Of a DNA stretch of 64,000 nt, positions 26,315 to 40,124 are shown piece after piece; the stretch's first letter is position 1; each line of letters opens with the position of its first letter. The position numbers and the translations under genes were made by a program. The DNA comes from Lama glama (taxonomy: Eukaryota). The stretch covers positions 98,706,001 through 98,770,000 of the forward strand of contig CM052816.1 of the NCBI GenBank assembly GCA_028534125.1. The letters run 5' to 3'. The notes under the pieces were generated by a model. The model was given only the letters and a program-made list of their open reading frames with translations, did no database searches and was not told the DNA's origin.

Positions 26315-27412
26315 AAGCAAAAGAAAATTCAGCTCTTGGAAGAACACATAAGCATGAATTTCTATCACCTTGAATTAGTTAACTTCTTCAATAGGACACC
26401 AAAAGCACAAACAACAAATTAAAAAAAAATCAGTTGGACTTTATTAAAGTTAACTTTTGTTTTTTCAAAGGACACAATCGAGGAAGTGAAAAGACAACAC
26501 ACAGAACAGGGGAAAACATTTAGAAATGATGTCTCTGATGAGACACAGATCCACAGTGTATAAAGAACTCCACAAGGCAAAGACACATAGCCCAACTGAA
26601 AAGGGGCACAGGGCTTGTGTTCATTTACCCCAAGAACATGGACAGATGTTGCCCTGGCATATGCAAAGGTACTTAACATGATTAGTCATCAGAAAATGCA
26701 AATCAAAACCATGAGACACCACAGCACATCCATCAGTCTGGCCGATGTACAAAAAGACAGAAAGTGACAAAAGTGCCGGGGAGGACGTGGAGAACACGAG
26801 CTCTTACACATTGCTGGGGGGCCTAGTGAAGTGGTGCAATTTCTTTGGAAAACAGTTTGGCGGTTCCTCAAAATGTTACACGCAGGGCGACTGTATGGCC
26901 GAGCTGTTCTATTCCCAGCTATAAACCCAAGAGACATGAAGACATATCTCCACAAAAGACCTGTGCACAGTTGTTTGTATTCATAGTACTCATAGAAATA
27001 AAAAATGGAGACAACTCAAATCTCCATCAACTGGTGAACGGATAAACAAAAGGTGGTATTTCAATTACCTGCAACGAAAAGGAACGAAGCAGTGCGGCAG
27101 GTTACAAGGAGGGTGAGACCGTTACGCGGAGTGCAAGAGGTCAGACGCGGTGGCCACACAGTGTAGGATTCCTTTCACGTGACCTGTAGTCAGAGTCATG
27201 AGGACAGAAAGGGAATTAGCGGTTGCCAGAGGCTGAGGTCCTGACTGCGTGCGAATAATGTGGTTTCTTTGGGGGATGATAAAAATGTTCTGGAATTAGA
27301 CAGCAGTGATAGTTGCCCAGCTTTGTGAATGTACTAAAAAAAAATCACTAAATGATACACACTAAAATGGTATATTTCATCATGTGTCAATCACGCCTTA
27401 TTAAAAAAAAAA
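26315..27412 (+). mobile_element. L1MB-like 3' end
   Basis: gaaaatgcaaatcaaaaccatgagacaccac...ggttgccagaggctg...gatgataaaaatgttctggaattaga, ending in an A-tail. Confidence 0.8.
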
Positions 27413-29314
27413 GCAAAGAGAAAGAAGGCAGATCGCACGCATGAGCCGTTTGTGAAGAAGACAGTGGGAGTCACATTTAAAGGCCAAAGCTTTGGATCAT
27501 CAAACATTTCAGCCCAAAAAGCATATAAACATGTTGTGGGGTGTTACGGGGGATGGGCGGGTGCATGCGCTCAGCTGAACCAGTGACCCGGTGGCCGACA
27601 CATCCTGGGAGGCAGGGGACAGAGCGGGGATGGGCCCGGCCCGGCTCTCCAGGGGTCCAAGCTCCCGACCAAGAGAGCCTCACCCAGTGTGAGCTGCAGG
27701 CCCAGCCCGCCTGGGGGTCCCGGGCCTGCTGGCTGATCCCAGCCTTTGACTAACTGAGCAGCAAACAGGGAGCCTCCACCCGCCCTCTTCCGCTCCGAGC
27801 GCCCTCCCCAGTGCAGGTCGCGTTCTGTCGGCGAGCGGTTTGCATGGTGGCTCCTCTCCTTACGTATGCGTCGTGGTAGGCGGGCGTCCGAAGGGTTCTG
27901 CCACTGCCTGCACTGCAGAGCTGCTTGCAGTCGGTGTCTCTGTGGCCCACGGACTCATCATGTGCTCTGAGATGTCAGATTCAGCTTCCAGTTCTGCAGA
28001 ATGGCTAGCGTTCCTCGAAATAAACTCCCCTGTCAGTCTGAAGGGGCGACTGTGTTGAGAAAGACGGAGGGACCCGTTTCTGTGAGCACCGCGCCGGCAC
28101 CCTGGGGACGTCTCGGCCCGACCAGCCCCCGTGCAGGTGGTAGGGAAGACAGGCTCCATCTGCGAGTGATTTTTACACCCTTTAAGATAAATCAGTGAGA
28201 CTCCATTAAGAGAAAAAGAAAGGCCGGGGTGACCCGTTGGCCGTCTGGGGTGTGAGAGAGCCCCATGCCGTGTGAAAGCTGACTCATCGCGATGAGTCAT
28301 ACTAAGAGGAAACACATGTACGGGGGCTGCCACCGGCTCGGGGAGGCCAGGCCTGTCCCCGGGACACAGTGCGCCGGGAGGTCTGGGGGAAGTCCGCTGG
28401 TGTGTGAGATCAGCCTTCGCAGGGTTCCCTCCTCACGAATTACAACCTCCTTGCAACGTCCCATCATCGTAGATTGTGCCTCAGTGCGCCAACAGAGTCG
28501 TCGCCTTCCCTGCTTACCTGCCCGTGAGAGGCTGCCTGCGTCCCTCACCTGCAGGCCAAGGACTGGGCTCTCTGGAGACCCTGCTCTTTGCTTCTGGCCT
28601 CAGATCCTTCCAGGGGAGAGGGAAGTCCCAGGGTGGCGCTGCCAAACTTAACCAACTCTACAACAAGTTGTATTAACACACACTGAAGAGGCAGGATGGA
28701 GATTGTTGTGTAAACTTGGACTGTTTAGACACTCCTTGTGAGCAGTTTGGGGTTAATCACAAAACACTGTGATTAAAACAGAAAGCGGCCCCCAGTCCTG
28801 GAAATGGGCAAGCATCTCTGAGAAGCAAAGACACTTACGCGGCCATGGGTTTGCCCTTGCGTCCTAAACGCAGTCCTGGGAAGTGGCGGACGGGTGCGTC
28901 CCAGGAAAGGTAAAGGGGAAGCTGGACCAGTCTCCTCCAGGTCCCGGGTTTGCCAAAATCAGTGAGGGAACGTGGGTGCCCAGCTCCCCCTGGGCTGTGG
29001 GGCAGCTCCTTGTGCTGGTGAGAGCCAAGCCAGTGCGAGCCGCGGCTCTCAGAGGCCGGACAGGAGCGCGGAGGGCCTCCGGTCAGCAGGACCGCGTCTG
29101 CGCCCCGCATCCCGGTGCAGCCCCGGGAGCCTGACGCCGAGGCTCCAGCCGGGTGCCGGTTTTCCCTGCCTGATGAAAGCAGTGTTTCCTTGGCTTTTTA
29201 TAAGAGGGTGCTGAGTACTAGGCTCCTAGCAGATTGCTCCATGGGGAGAGAACTGAAGGCTCCCCTCACAAGCTCAGTTATGCGCGTCCCCCCTCGTCTG
29301 GGTGTGGGTGTGAC

Positions 29315-30440
29315 GAGTAGTGTTGCTGTGAACGCGGGCACACGGGTTGTTGTGTGAGTGAGTTTTCTCAGGGATATACCTGGGAGTGAAGTCACTGGAN
29401 NNNNNNNNNNNNNNNNNNNNNNNNNNNNNNNNNNNNNNNNNNNNNNNNNNNNNNNNNNNNNNNNNNNNNNNNNNNNNNNNNNNNNNNNNNNNNNNNNNNC
29501 TTAACATTTTTTATTGAGTTATAGACATTTCACAATGTTGTGTCAGATTCCAGTGTAGAGCACAATTTTTCAGTTATACATGAACATACATATATTCATT
29601 GTCACATTTTTTCCTCTGTGAGCTACCACAAGATCTTGTATACACTTCCCTGGGCTATACCGTGTGATCTTGTTTATCTATTCTGCATATGCCTGTCAGT
29701 ATCTACAGATTTTGAACTCCCAGCCTGTCCCTTCCCACCTGCCTTCCCCTTGGCAACCACAAGGTTGTATTCTATGTCTATGTTTACTTCTTTCTTTTCT
29801 TTTTTCTTTCTTTCTTTCTTTTTGTTTTTTTAAATCATAGTAGCCACTCCAGTGAGTGTGATGTACTATCTCATTATGGTTTTGATTTTCATTTCCCTGA
29901 TGACTACTGATACTTAACATTTTTTATGGGCTTATTGGCCATCTGTATATTTTGCCTGGAATCTTTTCAAATTCTTTACTGATTTTTAAATGGATTCATT
30001 TGTCTTTTTATTGTTAAGTAGTTGAATTGCTAAGAGTTTCTTATATATTCTAAATATTAGACCTTTTTCAATATACGAATTGAAAATACTTTCTCCCATT
30101 CTCTGAGTTGTTTTTTCACTTTCTGGATAATGTTCTTTGATGTAAAGAATGCTTATAAATTTGATGACATCTAATTTCTTTCTTTCTTTCCTTTGATTGC
30201 TTGTGCTTTTTGTGTTACATCTAAGAAACTATTGCCAAATCTAAGATCATACAGATTAATATCTTCTAAACATTTTATAGTTTTAGCTCTTATGTGCAGG
30301 TGTTTGATCCATTTTGAGTTAGTCTTTGTATATGGTGTGAGGTAGGGGTTGAACTTCGTTCTTCTGCATTTGTCTGTCTCTTGTCCCAGCACCGTTTGTT
30401 GAAAAGACTGCTCTTCTCCATTGAACTGTCTTGGTTGAAA
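29315..30440 (-). mobile_element. Older L1 (minus) with a younger L1 3' end at 29500-29785; spans a gap
   Basis: ORF 30171-30392 (FNPYLTPYTKTNSKWIKHL) is L1 ORF2; 29500-29785 is a distinct L1 3' UTR. Confidence 0.8.
29400..29499. other. Assembly gap (100 N)
   Basis: Run of N. Confidence 1.
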
Positions 30441-33368
30441 TTTTAATGTAAATTAAAAATTTTAAAATCTATGGTCTGACTTCTTTCTAACTTCAGAATT
30501 CCATCAGAGTCATTTCTGGTGATTTCCACTGGACAGTGTCTCTTAATATTTTGGTTGATTTTAACTGTTATGTTCAAATAATTTGAAAATAGACACATGC
30601 TAAGTGCTTAAAAAACCCTCCAGTGTGTCTTGTGTAAGGAAACATATATTTTACAGTGAACCTATGCCCTTTTGCACGCTGTGCCACTCCTGAAACTCCA
30701 GTCTCCAATTTGCCATTTAAAACTCGATTCCAGGCTCTCCTGTGGTGAAGCCACCCCAGGCCTCCTCTGTCACCCGTGGGGCTTCTGGACTTGGCATTTT
30801 ACATACTTTCATTACTGAAGTGTAATTACTTATTTATTTCCCTGCACCCCTCTCCCCTTTTCTCTGAATGGATGAGAATGGAGCCCCCCCTGAGCTGGAA
30901 GTGGGCACCTGAGCTTAGGGCAGGCTCGTGTTAGCCATGCTTGCACCTGCCCTTAGCAGAATGACGCCCTGACCCCAGGAGCCCTGGGAATGTGTGGTGC
31001 ATTTCTGTTTGTCAGCAACAATGAGGGGCAAGGCTGGGGCCTTGGGCACATGGCACTAACTATCCCACAGTGGGCAGAACCATCACTCACAGTACAGATT
31101 TATCCTGTCCCCAGTGAATGCAGTGGCATCTACTTTAGGAAACCCTGACTCTTAAAACAAAACAAAACAAAACAAAATAACAAAGTCATTATCAGCTTAA
31201 AGAAAAATCCCAGAAATTTCATTTAGTACTTCTTGAGAAACCATCAGTCACATAAGCAATGCAGGAGAATTAAGATTCCAGAAGAAAAAGGGTAAGATCA
31301 GTGGTCCGTGCAGCAGCCCTGGGTCCCCCGTGATGAGACGAGCGGGGCTGCCAGAACCCTCTCCTCGTCCTCCCGCAGCGCTGTCCCAGGTGCTCAGCAG
31401 GGGTGGGCGGTTCATCTTGTCCTCGGTGCGTCGTCTGCTTCCCGTAACTCACTCCTCGCTTTCTCACTGATGGCCCGTTCCGTGAAGTCCTGCACCACGT
31501 CGAGGATGGACTTCTCCCTTGTGGTCCCCCCTACGTCACAGGACTCAGCTCCCTGAACCATCGGACCCTCGCTGGATGATGGGGCAAGAGTTGGACTTTG
31601 CCGCTGAAGCCAGTTCCAGCCCCGCCTCCGTTCACCCCTCTCCACCTCCCTTCCAGCTGCACGCACAGCCCTGTGCCTGTTTCCGGCAGTTACCTGCACT
31701 TTTCATATTGGCTTCTTTTGTTCACGTTGTGGCATCAGCTTGGAGGGTCTCAAACCTTTGCTCCAGACCCCAGCATTTCCCCCCGATCTGATAAGTGACT
31801 CCTTTTCTGCCCTCACCCCAAACTCAGCGTGGGCACCACAGCTTTAACCTGCACGTGCTCAGCTCGGTGTTTCTCTCTTCTCCCTCTTATGCCAGATGCT
31901 CCTCGCTTTATGTTCATGACACTTATTCCACAATAAGATCAGAAAGCAGCTCAGGACGGGGTGAATCGTACACGCTAGTTAACCGTGGGAGCTCAGATGG
32001 AGTTAGTGATGAACTGGACTGGATGGGTTTATCTAAAAGCTCATTGAACCTCTGGTGATTTTGGGGGGCAATGTTGTCTAACCTCACGGTGTTATTGGAC
32101 ATTTGAAAGCTTGAATTTCTTACATGACTTTGGGTGGGGAGAAGGGGCTGAAAGGGAGGGAAACAGAGAGAAGAAAGAATTGGGGTAGATTCCTGGAAGG
32201 AAAGGTTTCCTGGGCTTTGTGACCACAAGCTTTGTGGTCCTGGCACGCCAGACAGACTGCCGAGCGCTGAAGGGTGTGTGCACGCTTGCTCCACGGGCCC
32301 TGATCTGAGGTCCACGAAAGAATGTCTCCTGTGATTAAAGCAAAGCACGCCCTCTGGATGGAGACCCCGGTGCACAGCGGCTGACAGCAACCTGCAGGAA
32401 AAGCAGGTTTTTCTTTACTTGAAGCTTCTCTCTGTGTTACAAGAGAACACTAGCGTCTCCTTGTCGCATTCACTGTGCAGCGAGCCCTGGGCAGTGAGAT
32501 GGTGCGGCCAAGGAGGGGAGAGGGACAGGTGTCTCCGTGAGTGCCTGTGCTTCCCTTTGTCAGGAGACACCACCGAGGAGAGACTCAGCGAGATCGGAGC
32601 CGCGCACACAAAGACACTGTTTAATGTGGTGATGAGTCATGCCTGGGGCGTGCGGACTCTGTCATAACTGTGTCTTACATTTTGTAGGGCTTCGCCTTTT
32701 CAAAGCTTTTTCATATCTTTTATGTATTCACTTTTCAAGAGGAAGCAGGACCCAGCACACAGCTACCCATGCGATGCCTTCTCCTTACAAAGCTTTGTCG
32801 GCGCGGATTCATAATTTGGGTGATTCCATTCAGTTTCAGCTCGTCTTTATTAAATAGTTAGTATTCGTTATCCACCTGCACCTGCTGTTTCGCTGACAGA
32901 ACACTAGTATCAAAGCACACATCTCTCTCCTCGGTGATTCCCCAACCAACCCCCCTGCCCCCACCCACCATACGAACTTAGAGAATTAGAATCTCTTTGG
33001 AAGATAGTTTGTTCTTCCACTTGGTACAGATTTGTCCATTTATGATATTTGTAAAATGTGTAAGGAAGTTACTGAGGAAGGAGCTCTGTGGTCATGAAAA
33101 CCACTTCCTCTGTGAACGAGTGCATTTCTGAATCAGGCAGGTCTGAGGATAGTCCGACTGAAGGTTACAGCGGCTTGTTCTGTGTGAAAGGACAGGAGAG
33201 AGTGTGTTTGGGGGACACCCCAGAAGTACCAGTGGGTGACTGAGGTGCGACGTGGCTTCCCAGAGAAGCAGTGGTGTTGGAGGGGGCGGGGAGGGGTCCT
33301 CGGGCGCGTGTTTGGACATGACGTGTTGGCAGTTCTGCCCAGACCCCTGGGGGGACACGTCTCAGGGG

Positions 33369-33702
33369 CTGCTGTGGACTGAGCGTCTGTGCCCCCACCT
33401 AATTCATATGTGGGGTCTAGATCCTCTGTGTGCTGGTACTGGGGTGGGGACACTTTGGGAGGTGACTTTGAATGAGGTTAAGAGGGTGCAGTTCCCTTGG
33501 AGGAATTAGGGTCCTTTCAAGAAGAGGAAGAGGCCGGTGCCCTCTCTGCCAGGTGAGGACACAGCCAGGAGGCTGTCTGCAAGCCGGAAGGTGAGACACC
33601 AGATCTGCTTGCACTTCGACCTTGGACTTCCCAGCACCTAGAACTGAGATAGAAGCCCTGGTCCATGGTGTCCTGTGATGGCAACCTGGATGGACTCAGA
33701 TG
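33369..33702 (+). mobile_element. MLT1A/B-like MaLR LTR
   Basis: tgctgtggactgag...ctttgggaggtgac...gtgaggacacagccaggaggc...ccttggacttcccagc. Confidence 0.75.
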
Positions 33703-34929
33703 GAGACATGGAGGGAGAAAGGTTCCAAGGCTGGAGATTAGGCAGAGACCATGGACGGGCTGTGCGTTCCCGAGAGGTGACCCCAGAACAACAGAGGTGC
33801 GGGGAGCCCTGCAGCTGAGCACTCGCGGCGGCCCAGGACCTTCCCAGAGGAGCCACATGGAATCACAATGGGGTTTGGTTTTTCTACAACTTTGACTCAG
33901 TTGGACCTACAGTAGGCAAAAATATTAAGGTGAACTCAGCTTCCAAAATCACCATGTTACCATGGTGAAAATGGGGGAAACAGGCCGAACAACTATGTAG
34001 GGGACATGGCAGAAAGACTGCCCTCTAACTTGGAGTCTAAGACGGGACCCCATCCGGGCCAGGGCCGGAAGCCTCTTGCAGGCCCTCGAATGGCCCTGCA
34101 CACCGAGGCCCTGCAGCCCTGTGACCCACCAGACACAGGGCTGACGTAACCCACATGCAGCCTTGCACCCTGGTTCCCTTGATCTGCAGCTCAATCCCAT
34201 AGTCTTTCCAAAAAAAAAAAGAAAGAAAAGAAAATTCTTCCTCCCTGAGCTGGGAGAGCCATGAGCACACAGGGAGGGCTGACAGATTAAAGAGTGTCTG
34301 AGGCTGGAACCCGTCAGAAAGCCCAGAGTGCGTGGGCCCCAGGCCTCGGGCAAGCGTGGAGGCTGACCACCTGCAGGCGGAAGAAAGGGGCTCCTGTAAA
34401 CGGTAGTGACGGCAGAGGAGCCCCTCCTGCTGTGGCCGGAGCGGCCGGAGAAGGACTGATGCTGAGATGACCCTCCCTGTTAATTTACTGTGGCTTCATT
34501 TCCCACAAAACTGAAGAGCACGCCCCGTGTTGGAGGCAGTCCTCACAGGCTGCGCTCTGCTGTGAGGATCACAAAACAGCCGCGTGTGTTTGCTTTCAAA
34601 CTGTTCACTCGGGCTGCTCCGTCCTGATGAAACGGCCAACGTGAGCCGTAGCGCCTGCTTGGCCCGGAGTCTCTAAAGATCCCACGAGTTTTCTTGTTTT
34701 CCTTCCTGCCGTCTTTCTTCATTCAGATTTGCCCAGAACTGATCTGAGGCAAAGGTGAAAAGACAGAAAGAGTAAGAAAATGATTTTGTATCTCTTTTTG
34801 AGATTAGGGAAAGAGTCGAAGAGAACTTGGTTGGCTTTTTGCAAATCTTACAGTATTCTCTCGTTTCCCCACCTGACACGTACAGACAAGTGCGTGTGTG
34901 TGTGAGAGAGAGAGAGAGGAAGGAAGAGA

Positions 34930-35105
34930 ATGGCTCTCTCGTGCCCTTTTCTTTTCGTATGAGGACACCGGTCGCACCCTATGACCCCATCTAAACTTAA
35001 TTATCCCCTCACAGGCTCCATCTCCACATACAGTCACATCGGAGGTTAGGGCTTCAATATATGAATTTGGTGGGAGGAGGGGACATGCAGTTTAGTCCGT
35101 AGCAA
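34930..35105 (-). mobile_element. MLT1 LTR fragment
   Basis: atgaccccatctaaacttaatta...gttagggcttcaatatatgaatttgg...tagtccgtagca. Confidence 0.7.
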
Positions 35106-37850
35106 GCAGTGTGTTGGAGGAGGGGGTTTTAGGGAATCCAAGGGTCTGTGAACAACCTGGAAGGGTACAGAGTGGGACAAAATACAGCACATTTCAGAAC
35201 TATTGGGCTCACTCAAAAACTAGGGGAGAGAGTTAATGCTGAACAAGCATTCGGCCCACTTCCCGTCAGGCCCTGGGTCCCAGCATCGTGTTGGGACGGG
35301 CAGGTGCACCCGGCACGGAAGCAGCCCTGCAGGCAGGGCCCCATCGGCTCGTGCAGGAGGCCTCCTCCGAGTGGACAGCGCTCTGACCTTCCAGCCCCTG
35401 TGGCAAGGCCTGGTGCTCCGCCTGGAGGGGACAGGGGAGCGGTGGCCCACTGTGGCACAGAGTCACGTGGTGAAATGAACTGGAGAAGGCGGCCTGCGCC
35501 TTCACCCGGATGGCCTGAGCCGGTTTTCCTGGGGAGGCCGGCATCCTGAGAAGGTGGTGATGGCCAGGTAAGCAAACAAAGCGGCAGGATGTGCTCCCCG
35601 ACCCTCAGGCTCCCGGCGGGCTGCTCGCCTCTCTGCCGCCGGGCCCGGCCGCGGGGGTCATTCCAGCTCTCGTGCTTTCTGAAGCCACCCCAGACCCTCA
35701 GCTGGGAGTCGGCTGCCAGGACCAGCCATCAAACCCGAGGTCAGAAGAAGAACTAATGGCTGGATGTGACCCAGGTGGGAGCCTTGGGCCTCTCTGCTCA
35801 GGCCGGGAAACTGGGACGGCAGCCAGGCCTCCGTCAGGTGGCACGTGGGCCCGGGGGCAGCTCCTGCTGCAGACCTGGCAGGAGGGGCCTCAGCATGGCC
35901 TTTGGTCTCCTCTGTTGCCAGGTGGGCCCGTCGCCCTGGACACTGGTCTGGACTCGAGCCACCGGCCCCTGGAGAAGGCCCTGCCCACCCTGGGGTCTGC
36001 GAGTGCAGCCATGTGGGTGTCGGGATTTCAGGAGGCTCCGGCCAAGCGCTCCTTAGAGCGTCCCAGAGCCCCTCCATCTGCTTCTTCCGCAGAGCAGGGA
36101 CCTCCCTTTGTCTGGCCGGATTACACCAGATGAGATGCGCTCAGGGCTGATTCATGACTCTGGTCAAGGATTTGTTGAATGACAGGGGAAACGGAAGGGA
36201 GGACATCGTAGAATTTTGACGGAACCTGAAAGATCTAATTGCTTTGTTTTATGGACAGTAAACCCAGCAGCCAGAGAGGGGAACTGGCCTGGCCACGATC
36301 ATGCAGGTGTTAACACAAGGACCGTCACATTGCAGCAGCCTGAAGGGAAGGGGCCTTCGTTAGCTTCCAGCGAGGGTGGAGGCACGTGTGGCATGTAGTA
36401 GTAGGTGTGACGGAGGGGGTGGGAGGGTGTGGCTGTTCTGACGTAGCCACGCCCTTCTCAGTGCCTGCAGCGCACACCCACCGCTGCTGTCTGCCCGGGG
36501 CCTCCCTGGGGGAGGAGGTCCGGGCCCCGCCCCATCCACCTTGGTTTCGCTGTGCGCCTTGCTCTGGTTGGTGGGGCGTGACTGCGAGTGGCCCGGGGCC
36601 TGTTCGGGCAGAAGCAGTTAGAGGCGGCCCCCAGTACCCGCAGCTGCTGCCCTGCTCCCCTCTGCCGTCCGGACTGTATCGCCTGGATGGGGTGCTGACT
36701 TGGGATTGAAGAAAACGCCCAGAGCAGACCCACAGGCGAGGGGCAGCCACCAGGCACACGAGGCAGACATGAGCCTTTGTTGTTGTAAGTCTGGAGACCT
36801 TGAGGATGTCCTGCAGCCACCAGCCTGAGGGGCAGAGTTGGTGTGTAGTGTCTGCATGCTGAATGAACAGTGGCATCAGTGACAAAGCACATCACCCCAT
36901 TTCCTTTCTGTGCCTCGAGACACTGGTGTTCAAGCTCAACGGGGGTCTCGGGGCAAGAGGAATCTAACTGAGAGGAATCTGGGCCTGGGCGGGGACACTG
37001 AGGGTGCGGGCCATGTTGGGACCCAGCCGGGGCGAAGCTGCCCCTCGCGAAGCTGGTGCAGACCTGGGGCCTCAGTGATTCGGACCGCCGAGGGTGTGGC
37101 CCCACTGCCCTGCTCCCGGCAGCGCCAGGGCCCGCGGCAAGTGGGGAAAGCGAAGGCATTTTCTCACCTGGGGGAGACTGAAAGGAGCGTAGTGAAGCCA
37201 TGTGTCGTGTGTGGGGCTGAGGCCCGTGTCCTGCCCTGCTGTCCCTGCACGCGTGGGTCCTTCTGTCCTCTCCAGAGCCATCCTGTTCTCATCTGCAAAC
37301 TAGCAAACAGGACTTGCCGGAGTATGTAATAAAAAGGCATTTTTTTTTGAGTTGAAAAAAGTCAAAAGGAATTGCTGTGAACAAAACCTCATTTCAAACA
37401 CACAGCCAAGTACTCGTTGCGTCTGTGTGTCTGAGTGATGTGCAGAGATGAAACAGCGTTCTGACTTCACAAACTTGTGTTTTCAGTCCCTCATCTCTGC
37501 ACCGAGCAAAGCTGGGTTTGGTTCCAGGCAAAGCATCATCCTGGTGCCATCTCTGCTCAACCCAGTGACTCTGCTCACCTGAGACAACCAGCAACCTGGC
37601 AGGTCAGGGTGTCAACTTGAGACCCCCAGGTTGAGACACCGCAGGTCTCAAGTCAGGTGTCATGATCGCCGAGCGGGTGGATGATTACAGAGGCACAGAG
37701 GAAACCAGCGCCCGAGGCTGAAACCCAAGGCGAGAAACCGGATTCCTCGGTCACTGGCCTTTGACTGGGCTGCGGTCCTCAGATCCGACCTGTCCTCCTC
37801 TGAGCAGCGGGAGAACCACTTTCTAGGACGACTGCTCTGCCCAAAGGGAC

Positions 37851-38295
37851 TGTCCACGAAAATAAATGTGCAGCCTAAAAGTTGACAGTTATGTTTTATT
37901 TGGCAAGAGGACTCGAGCCGGGATGACAGCCTCTGAGGTGGCTCTGAGGGACTGCCCCGAAGAGGTAGGGGAGGAGCTGGGATATATAGGAGCTTTACAG
38001 CAAAGACCAGGTAGTTGGAACAATAAAAGCTTACTTGTTATCTAAAGAGAAGCAGGCATCTCAAGTTAAAGAATTTAGTGCTTTTCTCTTTCTGGGAGGA
38101 AGCAAACATTTGGGCTCATTGAATTCATTCCTTTGACAAGCACCTCGCTATCCAGGGCCAGTAATCCTGTCCTTTCTTATTCTGGGTCCCCTCAGAGGGC
38201 ACCACTGTGAGTGGGGGGTGGCAGCAGCCGCTGATGACTTGATGGCTTCAGCATTCCTTGTTTACTGATATGGTTTGCAGTGTTTTTCATTCACA
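37851..38295 (-). mobile_element. Intact ERV1-type solo LTR (MER41-like) with 4-bp TSD
   Basis: TG...CA termini; GGAC at 37847-37850 and 38296-38299; minus-strand TATA-like box (37983-37988) followed by AATAAA (37895-37900). Confidence 0.85.
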
Positions 38296-39363
38296 GGACT
38301 TATTTTAAATTATCTGAATTTATGACCCTATTGAAGGGTTGCCATGTACAAGCTGAGTTTCGCTATCGCCAGCTTCCTCATGTTTTCACAAACAGGCCCT
38401 TTCAAAGAACAAGAACCTCCTGCCGGGGAGGGAGGGGGCGTGTTTGTGGCCCCGAGCTTGCGATTTGACCACCAGTTTTAGGGTTCAGCAGAGGAAATCA
38501 GAGTTTATTATAGAATGCTGTGTAAGTTCTATGAATAAAAAAGACGTGTGGGAAGCACAGAATGATAATTTCATGTTTCAGCCGCAATTTTGACGCTGAA
38601 ATCAGTGATACTCTCAGTAGAAAAAAATGTGCTGAGATGGGCGGGGCAGCCTCGGGCTGGAACTGTGTCCCTTTCAGGGCGATAGCAATCATCCCATTCA
38701 CATCGCCCCTCCCCTTGCAGCAACCGCAGAAGGGCATCTGAATCACACATCAAAATGCAGCCTCCTTTACGTTTGGCCTTCAACCTCAGTCTGTTGCTAC
38801 AACACTTTCTTGCAGAGCATTTTGTGAAACATAAGGCGGTGGGGGAGGTGGTCCTTCCGCCTTCCTCCAGGGCAGAGCTGCTTGCAGATTTGAGTTTTGT
38901 TCTGCATCCTTCCTCTGGTCCAGCTTTTCCCAACGTTAAGGGTCCAGACTGAAGGCTCCCCTCCCCACAGAGGGTACATCTCCCCCTCCTCTGCCAGTCC
39001 CTGTCTGTAATGCAGCACTTTGGGGCCCGATATTTTCCTGGTGAAACAAGTCCTTGAAGACAGGACCACGCCTGGCCACTTAGCGTCCTTCACAGAGCCA
39101 GGCCAGCGACAAGGGGCTGGAACTGCCTCCCTCGGGGTGGACTCAAGCGCTGGTGGGGGTGGTGCAGGGCTGGCTGTGCTACACCAGCACCTCGTGTTAC
39201 CTGCAAGCCAGGGAGCTGGAGGGTGAGTGAGGCTGACCATGCCAGAACCTGCACTGTGGCCTCTGGGGCTCTGTGGGGGCAGCGTCCACTGTAATCCCCG
39301 GGCAGCTGCAGTTTTTCTGAGGCCCCAGTGAGGGCTGGCTTAATCCGATCCACGGGGAAGAGG

Positions 39364-39820
39364 TGTGATGGTTAATTTTACACATCAACTTAGCTGGGCT
39401 CTGATGCTTATGCATTGGTCAAACACCAGACTGGATGTTGCTGTGAAGGTGTGTTTTCGATGTGCTGAACGTTTAACATTTAAATCGGTGGGCTTTGACT
39501 AAAGCTAATTGCCCTCCAGAACAGGGTAGACCTCACCCTATCAGCTGAAGGTCCCAAGAACAAACACAGCAGTTTCCCTGAGAAGGAATTTGGCCTCCAG
39601 GCTGCCACACAGAAACCCTGCCTGAGTGGCCAGCCTGCTGCTCTGCAGAGCTCAGGCTAAAGACGGCGGATCGACTCCTGCCTGGACTGCAGGCCCGTGC
39701 CTGCCCTCCAGATTCCGAACTTACCAGCCCTGCGATCACGTGAGCCGAGTCCTTAAAACGAAACCCCCTTCTCTCTGTACGTAGCCTATTGTGTGTTTCT
39801 CTAGAGAACGCTGACCGATG
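39364..39820 (+). mobile_element. MLT2 (ERVL) LTR
   Basis: tgtgatggttaattttacacatcaactt...ggatgttgctgtgaaggt...gtttctctagagaacgctga. Confidence 0.8.
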
Positions 39821-40124
39821 AAGCAGGGATCGCAGGCTCAAGGCCGCCTTTTAATTCATCAGGGCCGCACCTGCTCCCCCCGGACTGCAGGGGAAACTGC
39901 AGGAAGCTCCGTGGCCCGGTGGCCCCGCCCACCCTGCACTGGCCGCCACCGCCCCGCTCGCCAGCCGTCTTCCCCGAAGCCTCTGCCCTCAGAGCCACTC
40001 CTCCTCACGCCTGTTCCAGCTCTTTCTACCCGGATCTCTCCCTCTGTGAGGCCGGTTCCCCAGTGTCCGTGCCAGCCCTCGGACCTCAGAGCCAACCGTG
40101 TGAAGAATCATGAGCCATTCAGAA

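Noticed and set aside
31412..31699. Protein-like ORF (EKSILDVVQDFTERAISEKARSEL)
   Set aside because: I recognise no family, and it lies next to degenerate L2-like sequence. A tblastn or HMM search would be needed to support it.
37615..37653. 10-bp inverted repeat acttgagacc/ggtctcaagt
   Set aside because: Too short to distinguish from chance; not a pre-miRNA-length stem.
38280..38545. The peptide VFFIHRTY is encoded on opposite strands (38280-38303 + and 38522-38545 -), 19/24 nt identical with only third-position differences
   Set aside because: The first copy straddles the LTR end, TSD and flank, so it cannot be one coding unit. It is an AT-rich chance match.
1..40100. A second gene, RNA gene or processed pseudogene in the downstream region
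   Set aside because: I recognised no exon series, tRNA/rRNA/snRNA or retrocopy. lncRNAs cannot be excluded from sequence alone.
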